Assembly (NCBI RefSeq): GCF_000143415.4
Contig: NW_003314269.1
Coordinates: forward strand, 1,557,544-1,621,543
Origin: Selaginella moellendorffii
Lineage: Eukaryota; Plantae; Lycopodiophyta
DNA length: 64,000 bases
Direction: 5' to 3'
The notes below the pieces were generated by a model. That model saw only the letters and a program-made list of their open reading frames with translations, searched no databases and had not been told where the DNA came from. Shown one piece after another: positions 49,329-61,082 of the stretch (position 1 is its first letter; each line of letters begins with the position of its first letter). The position numbers and the translations under genes are program-made.

Positions 49329-50096
49329 ATGAGCGCCTCGAAGAAGCTGTTGAGAGCTTGCAAGACTACGCATGGCAGAATCTATTCGAAGAAGAGGGAC
49401 CTGGCTCTCTACAAGAGAGGCCCCTTTCACTGCGCGTCTGGAGTGGAAGCGGAAGAATACGAGAGGTTAGTGGATGATGATGTGGTCCGGCGCTACGGGT
49501 TACAGTATGACCCTCGCGGAGGCGTGGTGAGCATCTGCGGCGACAACACCGGCGTGCACGCATCGATCAAGGGTTGGGTCTCTGCTGTTCTTCAAAACGA
49601 GGTGTTCGACATGGGCATCCCGACTTTCAAGACAGTTTGCCACTGGACAAACATGCTCTTGAGCCTCCCAAACGGCATGAAGAAGATGGTGGACAACGTC
49701 CTCTACACGAGGAAGCCCGAGGTCAGCTCCATGGAGATTCCTATCGTGGTTGTGGAGGTGGCCTTCTACAATGAATCCTTCGACAAGCTCAAGGAAAACG
49801 TGAGGGAGATCATGAAGCTGGACACGGTGACGCTGGCTGCCGGCTTGAGCGTCAACTACGACGAGGGGAGTGGGGGGGTGTGGTTTCAGGCATGCATCGG
49901 ATATGCCGGAGAGCTCAGAGAGTATAGTCGGCTGGAAGGGCAGGAGTGCTTTGTTGCATCCACGGATACGATATTCAAGGGTGTGCCGGATTTGCCCACG
50001 AACATCCGGAATGAGTTTCGGTTCCCCCTTGGACAAGTTGTGGAGTTTGCAAGCTGTGCGGGCTTCATGCGAAGCAAGAAGGACATGTTTTGGTAG
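49329..50096 (+). CDS. Intronless Uma2/DUF820-like PD-(D/E)XK restriction-endonuclease-fold protein (255 aa)
   Basis: Order of motifs: helix with His (TGVHASIKGWV), KKMVD (PD-equivalent), PIVVVEVAFYNESFDKLKENV (P.hVVEVA..ES...L), then hydrophobic strands. This matches Uma2/Crinkler-type REase domains by pattern. A telo-box AAACCCTAA lies ~40 bp upstream. Confidence 0.7.
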   Translation: MSASKKLLRACKTTHGRIYSKKRDLALYKRGPFHCASGVEAEEYERLVDDDVVRRYGLQYDPRGGVVSICGDNTGVHASIKGWVSAVLQNEVFDMGIPTFKTVCHWTNMLLSLPNGMKKMVDNVLYTRKPEVSSMEIPIVVVEVAFYNESFDKLKENVREIMKLDTVTLAAGLSVNYDEGSGGVWFQACIGYAGELREYSRLEGQECFVASTDTIFKGVPDLPTNIRNEFRFPLGQVVEFASCAGFMRSKKDMFW

Positions 50097-50531
50097 ATGC
50101 AAAGGAAAAGCTAGCTGCCTTCCTAGAGGTGTGGAACTATCACTCTCTGGGCCTGGAAATAGAGGAAGGGTAAGAACTTTGGACTGGAAGCTTGCAAAAG
50201 AAATAGCTAAAGTTGTTTTACTCCTTGTTCGATGAACTCTGCGATTGTTCACTGGGTTTGTTTCGAGTCCAGCTCGAAAAACTCGCAACAGTCATGGTGG
50301 CTTCATGCTGTTGACAGAAACTATCTTGCTGGTTTAATCTTCTTCTTCTTCCATGGATCATGCTGACATCGAAGTTAGCGAGCTCGATCTCGACTTCACG
50401 GCTTTCTCCTTCATCGACGATTTGAGCGGATAGCAAAGGCAACGGCTCTCGGCTGTGTCCGAGTGATGCTCACCACCTCACCAAAGTCGAGCCTTTGGCC
50501 GCCAGAGCGACCATTTCTTCCACTTCCTCGA

Positions 50532-51228
50532 AGATTTGTTTTGTCTTGATATTTGCATAAACTTCGTTGATGTTTGATCCAGTTGCGTGGTCATCGAGGA
50601 CAGTAGGATTGGCCTCCAAGCTGCCAAAGCTGCCAAAGCTGCCGGGATGACTTGCATTGTCACCAAGAGCGTGTATGTAGCACTCTTTCATTTCTTGTCC
50701 TTCGTCTTTGGTATGGAGATATACTACGGATGAAAACTTCGATCGAGCTGATCCCGTGTTTGATTTCATCGATTTTGGCATTGAGTTTTGCTAGTCCATG
50801 GTGACGAGCAAAGTTCTTAGCTGATGAATCGCAGTATCTCATCCTGGTATGTGTTTCTCTGTCTTTTGTTTAAAACCAAAAACCTTTCTCTTTGTTATCC
50901 GGTTTTGAGCTCGATCGATCAAAGGAGATCACCATTTGAGCGAAACGAATTCACCATATAAGCTCGATCGATCAAACGTATTCATTCCTATCTATTTCAT
51001 CGTGACTACCATATCAAAGCTAAGCAAAAATTCAAAGACAATGGGACAAGAGAAGCAAGCACGCGATTTTCTCGAAGAAAGCATGAAAAAAATTTAAAGT
51101 AGGCCAATCTGCTGGAGAGCGCAGGCTTTGGACAAGTAGCGCCACACAAAAGGCGATGGTCGTTTTAAACGTGCCAGCGTGGCCATACACGTCACCAACA
51201 TGTGGCATTTTGTGTACAGTTCCTAGGG
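50532..51228 (+). pseudogene. Copy B of the direct repeat: non-functional CbbY 3' fragment plus spacer acting as upstream region of the SLH gene
   Basis: Matches 30803-31478 but has an extra GCTGCCAAA, a ~38 bp intron deletion and a premature TAG (TTTTGCTAG). Confidence 0.9.
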
Positions 51229-51414
51229 TTTGTGCAGGGGTTTGAGAGAGGAGCTCTCGATCGACCAAGGCGCTGGCTTAGATCCGGTGAGTCTCCCTCC
51301 TTTCTTGCATCGCCGCGACTGAATTGCTGGTGCGCGGCGCTCGCAGATGTGTTTGTAGCTCGCTCGAGCTCCCGTTTCCTCTTGCATCCGATTCCTCCTC
51401 TTCCTTTCCGAAAT

Positions 51415-54400
51415 ATGGCGGTAGCTCTCCCCGGATTTCCTTCCTTGCTGCCGGCGAAATCGTATCTAGGATGCCAGCACCAGCATGCAACATCGCTATC
51501 CGCGAATCCATCCAGGAGATGCACCAGGCTACCTTGCATTTACTGCTGTGCGCAGTCCAGCGGCGACGATGGGCCGAGCACCTCTTCTTCTTCGTGGGCA
51601 CAGGAGCCAGGGAAGGATTCCTATGCCGGATGGTCTTTTCTGGATAATGGCAAGCGAAAGAAGCTCTCAGGTACCTTTTTCTCTATTTCCTGTGCATGCG
51701 ATGCTTACAGTGATTCTTTTCGTGCAGGATTTTTGCAAGTAGGAGCGGGCGTTGCTCTCGCAGTTGGTTTTGCGTTGGTGTCCAATGCGTGTTGGAAGAG
51801 AGGTTGGTTCGTTTCGTTTTCCTCATGCTTTTCTCATCGTAATGGATTCGAACTTGCAGGTGTAGGAAGCAAGGTGGATCTTGTACCACCACCACCGGCT
51901 TACGAGGAAACATATGTGACAGAATCGAGTAAGGTCAAGGAGGGTGAGGCTGCTCAGGAAGTCGACGATGAGGAGGAAAGCCCAGTGGATGTCCAATCGA
52001 CTGAGAATGCGGAGGAGGAAGAGGAGCAAGAGGTTGCCGCGGATGCTCCTGTGGCTACTCCGCATCAACCCGATACAACCACAGGTCAGGTTTCTTTTCC
52101 AAGTGACACGATTGAAGATAGTGAGGCTGGGGTGGTCAATTCTCCTGCATCTGGTGGTGCTGCTTCAACCTTTGGTTACGAGAATACCGGCGAAGACCTA
52201 TCCCGTACTGACACACAGTCTGGAGAGGATTTGTCAACCCCTGCTACTGACTTAGCCGTCGATTCAGTCTCCGATGATCTGAAGTCTCCCGACTCAGATG
52301 CCACACCCGAGTCGAGTGCCGGAACAGCCGATTCCACGTACTCAGTCGAGAGTAGCAGTCCTGAAGAACCAGAGAGCGTTTCCAGTGAGTCGTCTGTCCC
52401 GGTTGCCTTGCCGTCCGAGGACGAAGTCTTCGTATCATCGGAGAAGCCCGACATCTTGTTGGCCTCTGTGGATCTAACCGAGGACTCTAACACTGCTGTT
52501 CATAGTGCCGAGGTACCGTTACCTCAGGAGTCAGACAGGGAGGTTGAGCTGGTTGAGTCGGTGACTGCGTCTCCCGGTTTGAGTGTGAGTGAGCAGGATG
52601 AGCCTTTCTCTTCCTCCGAGGTTGGAGCAACACCCGTGGAGAATGCAGCTGATATGGTTTCATCCCAGGAGGATGAAATCAGTAGGATCACGTCTTCGCT
52701 AGATAAAGTTTCCCCTTCATCGGAGTCTGAATTTTGGCAAATTGTCATACCTGCTCCATCTGCGCCTTCTGCATTGCCATCAGGACGTGTATTGATCGCA
52801 CCTGTCGTAGATCATGGCCAAGAACAGGCCCTCTCTGCGCTACAATCTCTTAAGGTGCGTTGCTTCTTCTTGTTTTGTTTTTGTTTTTATTCATTTTCGT
52901 TCGTGCAGGTTGTGGAGCCAGGAGTTGGAGCGTCTACTATCTGTACCCGAAGAGAGTACGCTCGCTGGCTTGTTGCAGCAAATCGAACCTTGGCAAGGTA
53001 TTCTGTCCAGCTTTTCAGTTCTTTAAGTTCTCACGTATATATCTCACAGAAATACGGGTGCTAAAGTCTCTCCTGCAATGTATATCGAAAAAGTTACAGA
53101 AGCTGCGTTCGACGATGTTTCGCCTGAGGATCCGGATTTTCCATTCATACAAGGTTACAGTTTCTTCGTACCAGACGCTCGTTTGACAGTGGACGTTTGA
53201 GCAGGCCTGGCGGAGGCAGGGCTTATTTTCAGTAAGCTATCACGGGGTCCAGATAGTGATGGCCCGATCCATTTTCTTCCTGACCGGTAATGCTGTTGCA
53301 CGGGCCACCAGCACATGTTTTAATGCGTGCAAGTTTTTGCAGTCCATTGTCACGTCAAGATCTTATAAGCTGGAAGTTTGCCGTGGAAAATCATAGTCTT
53401 CCGGTCGCAAATCGAAATGTGAGTTTGTTTTTGAGCTCAAGAAGGCTGCTTGTTTGATGTTGATATTACTTGCAGAAATTGCAAGAAAGGTTCATCGACA
53501 TTGATAACATTCATACGGATGTTTGGCCTGCTATTGCAGCGGATGTTGCTGCGGGCGACCGAAGCATTATATCGTCTGCATTCGGTACTTCAGCTAAAAC
53601 TATTTCCATTTCTGGTCTGACATGTTTTGGCAGGATACACGAGGCTGTTTCAACCACATAAACCCGTTACTACGGGCCAGGCAGCGGTTGCACTGTCATC
53701 TGGTGAGGCATCAGAGCATATCGGCGAGGAGCTTGAGCGTCTAGAAGCTGAAAGACATGCGGAAAAGGCGGTGGCTGCTGAGATAGCACTAGAGGCTCGT
53801 GCACAGAAAGAAGCGAATGCTGTTTTTCGTGAAGAATTGGATCGACAGAGGCAGTTGACGGTCGAAGCTGAGGCAGTGGCCGAGAGATTGAGGGAAGAGC
53901 TGGAGAAGCTGAAAAGTGAAAGAGAAGAAGAAAAGTACGGCGTAATGAAGGAAAGAGCCTCGTTGGACGCTGCAAAGGAAGCTCTGTCTCGAGCACGGCT
54001 TGAGGTTGATGAACTTCTGCAAGGGTTGTCTTCGGAAAAAGTAAAGGTGGTGTTTGAGCGGGACAGAATGGAGAAGCTTCTGGCCGAGATTGAAGAAGAG
54101 CGGGATACGCTGGAGAATGTGAAGTCGGAGACCCAAGTAGAAAAGAAAGCTCTCGTCCTTGCAAGGTAAACTTTTCCTCTTTTTTTGTTCCTCGTTCTGA
54201 TGGTTTCTTTGGGCAGAACTTGGGCCGAGGAAGAAGCAAAGAAGGCAATGGCTCACGCTAAAGTTCTAGAGGAAGCGCGAAAGAGATGGGAGTCTCAAGG
54301 GATTGAGGTTCACGTTGACAAGGATCTGGACGACAGTAACATCCCGGTCCCAAGCTGGCAGTTCGAGAAGCTCGAGCTCCAGGACACGTCGCAGCAGGCA

Positions 54401-54727
54401 AAACCTCCAATGCACGGCATCCTGGTGAAAGCCGACGAGTTCAAAGGGAGGAGCTTGCAGTTCCTGAGAGAAGCGATGCAAACTTCCAACCAGAGGCTGA
54501 GCGTGGCGCAGCAGAGGATGCTGGAGTCCATGGAAAAGATCGCGAGGAAGGCCGGAGAAGTCCGAGATAACACTTTCTTCGTGGTGAGGAAACGCGCCGG
54601 CGAGGCCCAGAGCGCTGCTGCGTCGATGGCGTCCGAGATCTCGGCGCTGGTAGCCAAGAACACGAACAAGCTCGCGGATGGTTGCAAGGGAAGCGCTGAG
54701 AAGCTCGCTCAGATCTTCAAGCCCTGA
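51415..54727 (+). CDS. Plastid membrane protein with transit peptide, TM helix, acidic low-complexity region, SLH (S-layer homology)-like domains and C-terminal coiled coil
   Basis: MAVALPG transit peptide, DSYAGW, APVVDHGQEQALSALQSLKV, CTRREYARWLV, AFDDVSPEDPDFPFIQGLAEAGLI, FGYTRLFQPHKPVT.GQAAVAL and WAEEEAKKA.AHAKVLEEARKRWE are motifs of the conserved land-plant SLH family. Confidence 0.85.
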
Positions 54728-54863
54728 AGAAGCCACAAGAATGCGCGAAGACGAAACCGAGGTTTTGAAAGAAATAAGTGTTTGACGGCCCGGATGTGGC
54801 ACTGGAGCCAACGGCTGGGATCGGCCCCTTGTTGAGCTAAACTTCCTCTTCAAGGTTTTGAAA

Positions 54864-54872
54864 AACCCTAAA
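54864..54872 (+). promoter_or_regulatory. Telo-box (AAACCCTAA) immediately upstream of Ku80; similar boxes at ~4792, ~9231, ~49289, ~51226 and ~58037
   Basis: Exact or near-exact plant telo-box motifs close to start codons. Confidence 0.5.
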
Positions 54873-54891
54873 TCTCGAAGGCGCGAATTCT

Positions 54892-57716
54892 ATGGCCCGT
54901 AGCAAGGTGTGTTCTTCCTCGATCGGTAGCTCCGATTGTTCTTGCGTCGTTTCTAGCTTACATTTGTGATAGCGATCTCTTCTTGGCTCAGGAATCGCTA
55001 GTTTTTGTTCTCGATGTGTCTCCGTCGATGCATCCCTATCTCCATCACGTTTCTAAAGCTACGGCAGCTGTGCTGGAAAGGAAGGTAAGTTTCTATGAGA
55101 ATTTTTTGCTCATTCTTCCTTGAATTTCTTTCGTTCCAGTTATTCAATCACAAAAACGATGAGGTGGGACTTGTTCTCTTTGGCATGGAAGGTAAGCTTT
55201 AAGGATCTTCCTAGAAAATCTTGAGAAGGTTTTCTTTCTCTTCTCAGAGACTGATAACGATCTTAGACGAGAAGTTGGGGAAGCATACGAAGGCATTGTG
55301 AGCGAACCGATTACGCTTGTCGATGGTGAGCTGGTGACGAAGCTGCGAGCGCTTCCCCGGGGATGCTACGCAGGAGACTGTATCCTTTTTTTATGTGATC
55401 GTTTCTTTGATACTTCCGTTCTTCTTAACAAGCACCACTACAGATGTCGATGCCATCGTTGTTGCCACAGATATGATCTTCAAAAAGTATGGAGATGGAA
55501 AGAAAGGAAACAAGCGGATCTGCCTTATAACCGATGCCCAGTCGCCGATAAAAGAGCCAATGGAAGGTATGAGTATGATGGAACAGGTTGAGAAAATCGC
55601 AGAGAAAATGGAAGACCATGGAGTGAAGTTCGACGCGGCTATACTCAGAATGAACGAGGAAAAGCGTGAAAGCGGCTCGGAGAGCACGGAGATTCTAGAG
55701 AATTTAGCGTCTCGGACGCACGGAGAAGTCACAACCGTGGAAAGTCCTCTGTGCTTGTTTGGAGCTCTAAAGCCTCGCACAGTAACTCCCACGACGCTCT
55801 ACCGAGGAGATATGGAGATGACACCAGGTGCACGAATTAAGGTACTGGGTGTTTCACTGTGTTTTGTTCTAATTTTTTTTTTTCTTTTTTTTCTGCTTCT
55901 CCAGGTTTGGGTTTACAAGAAAGCCGCTCAAGAAAGAGTTCCTAGTCTTAAGGTTTACTCAGACAAAGCACCCCAAAGTGATGCGCTTGCGACTCACGTT
56001 GTGAAAATGGATACTGATTACAAAAGCAGTGACGACCCGACAGTGTCCATTCCGAAAGCACAACGAGCAAAGGGTTACTACTATGGTCAGCAGCTTATCC
56101 CTGTGACCCCAGACATGGAACTCTCACTCAAGTTCACTGCTGACAAAGGAGTAAAGCTCCTAGGATTCACAGAAGCTGCCAATATTCCAAGGTAATGGAT
56201 TTTTCTTTCCCTCTCGTACGTGATTTTAACTGTGCGAACGTAGGCACTACTATATGAAGGAGCCGAATCTTTTTGTTCCGGAGCCTGGCAATCGTAAAGC
56301 TTCTCTTGCAATATCCGCTCTTGCACGAGCTCTGAAACAAACGAACATGGTGGCCTTAGTCCGGTGTGTTTGGAGACAAGGACAACGAAATGTTGTGATG
56401 GGAGTTTTGACACCAAATCTATCCTTCGAAGATGGCATCGTAAGTTTTTGTCATTGTCCTTCAGCAAGATTTTACCCGGTGTTGCGATTTGTAGGCAGAT
56501 TCTTTCTATTTCAACATCGTGCCATTTGCCGAAGATATTCGTGAGTTTGGCTTTGCATCATTTGATGACCGACCTGCGTCCCAGTTGCCTTCAAAGCAAC
56601 AAGAAGAAGCTACTGATTTACTAGTTCAGATGCTCGACCTTTCGCCCTCAGACAGCGTCGAGTCCCTGCAACCGGAGAAAACGAGCAATCCAGTTTTACA
56701 GGTAGACCAATATACCAAGCTCCCTGACTTATTTTATGATTGCATGCAGCGATTCTACCACTTTCTCTATTTGAAATCACTAAACCCAGACGCATTGGTA
56801 CCTCAATTAGACGAAACTCTGAAGAAAGTCATAGAACCAGATTTTTCATCGGAGCATATTGAAAAACTTCAAGGACTTTGTAGCCAATTTACATTAGTGA
56901 ACGTGCAGGTGAGGCTCTGTGCTTCTGTCTCCCTCGTTTTTCTCAGTCGGGTGGTATGCGCAGAAATCCAAAAACTCGACAAAGTTTTGGAAAGACAGAA
57001 TCGGGTGGTATGCGCAGAAAACCAAAAACTCGACAAAGTTTTGGAAAGACAGAATCGAAGCCGCTGCTAAAGACGATGATGCGGAAGCAAAGCCGGATGT
57101 GGATACCTCGGGCAGTGGTCTCTCGTTCGACAGTTTTGCTACACGCCAGGTCGAGGAAGTTGGAAGCTTAAACCCAGTCCAGGACTTCCAAACGCTACTA
57201 GCTCGTCGGGACAGTGACGAATGGGTCGGGAAAGCTATACAAGGAATGAAGAAAATCATCATCGATCTCTTGGATTCCTCGTACAAAGGGAACACTTACG
57301 ACAAAGCACTGACTTGCTTAGCCGCTCTCCGAAGTGGTTGCGTGATGCAAGAGGTAAGCATGCAGTCTGCAACATTTTCGGAGCTAAACTCTTGTTTTCT
57401 CCAGGAATCCAAAGAATTCAACGACTTCTTTCGTGTGCTAGCTGACAAGTGCCAAGGGAAGCGCTTGAGCGACTTCTGGGACGCAGTGATCCAGAGGAAG
57501 TTGACACTGATCTCCAAAGGAGAAGTTTCAGACAGGTATAGTTTTTTTTTTTCCTTCTTTTGTGCGTTCATCCATGAAAGTTTTCCAAACAGCGATGTCA
57601 CTGAGGAGGCAGCACTGGCATTCTTGACTTCGAGAACCGTCAAGGAGGAGCCAACCACGGCAGAAGAAGCGGAAGAAATCGACGAAATGGATGCTCTACT
57701 TGGAGAAGCTGTGTGA
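54892..57716 (+). CDS. KU80: Ku80 (ATP-dependent DNA helicase 2 subunit), multi-exon
   Basis: MARSKESLVFVLDVSPSMH vWA start, DEVGLVLFG, KRICLITDA, KGYYYGQQLIPV, NIVPFAEDIREFGF, NPVLQRFY and C-terminal NPVQDF...YDKALTCL. Confidence 0.95.
55380..55443 (+). other. U12-type (minor spliceosome) GT-AG intron in Ku80
   Basis: 5' site GTATCCTTT and branch TTCTTAAC ~14 nt before CAG. Splicing restores AGD-Y-VDAIVVA. Confidence 0.85.
56947..57054 (+). repeat. 54 bp tandem duplication spanning a Ku80 splice acceptor
   Basis: TCGGGTGGTATGCGCAG|AAA(T/A)CCAAAAACTCGACAAAGTTTTGGAAAGACAGAA at 56947 and 57001, with one mismatch. Confidence 0.95.
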
Positions 57717-58088
57717 AGGTTCGTCACCAGAATTTTCGTTTTCCTCCTTGCTGACACTGGAAGTTCGTATCCTCCACAGTAATCAAACGAAGAGCAAAAA
57801 AAATTTCTTCCTTTCTAAACTTTCTTCTTTTTTCTTTGTCATCGGTCGTCGTGTCGCGCTTCATCTTCATTCCTTGATCCTTGGAAACGTACTTCCACGC
57901 GCGAAGATTCCGGAATGTGTTGATCGACGGTCTAGATCTCGTCCCGCCAGAGGAACGGACACGGCCCGCCGCTTACGGGGCTATAGTGATAAACCAAGTG
58001 TGGAGGGAAGACTATACTGTAGTTCTAGCTGCCTCAAAACCCTAGAGGCTAGGCTCCGGGCCTTGGCGGCGATCGATCGATCCATCTC

Positions 58089-60605
<2,517 letters not shown>

Positions 60606-61082
60606 AGCACCCAGCCGACGACGACGACAACAAGCAAAAAAGAAGAAAAAAAAGAGGAGAGAACCATCGATCGATCGTTTTGAGTTTTGAGTATGAGCTC
60701 CTCACAGTTTTGCCAGGCTTTTTTGTTTCGAAGACTCTTTTAGTTTGTAGCACTGTGCTGGCGCGATCTAGAACACAGCAGTTTTGGCGCGGGAAAGAGT
60801 CTCCACTCTCTTTATATTTCTTTGTGTGTGTCCAGCTTAAAAAAATCTATTGGAAGAAGAAAGGGGAATATACTAAGGAATAGAGCAGGAGCCCTAATTT
60901 TCTCGAGAGATCAGTCGCGCGAAGAGGAGCATGATCGGCGTAGGCGCTGGGCAGCTGGGGCGGGCGCTATGAATCTCCAGGTGTGTATTGCGACTCGCGC
61001 CGCGCCTAGAGATCTCTCTCTGGAGCTTAGGTTTCCGTCCGCGTCCTTGGATTGCTTGCAGCCAATGCTGTGAGCCGAGAAG

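Noticed and set aside
50470-50842. Minus-strand ORFs spanning the right island junction
   Set aside because: Chimeric antisense read-through of CbbY copy B into the island fragment.
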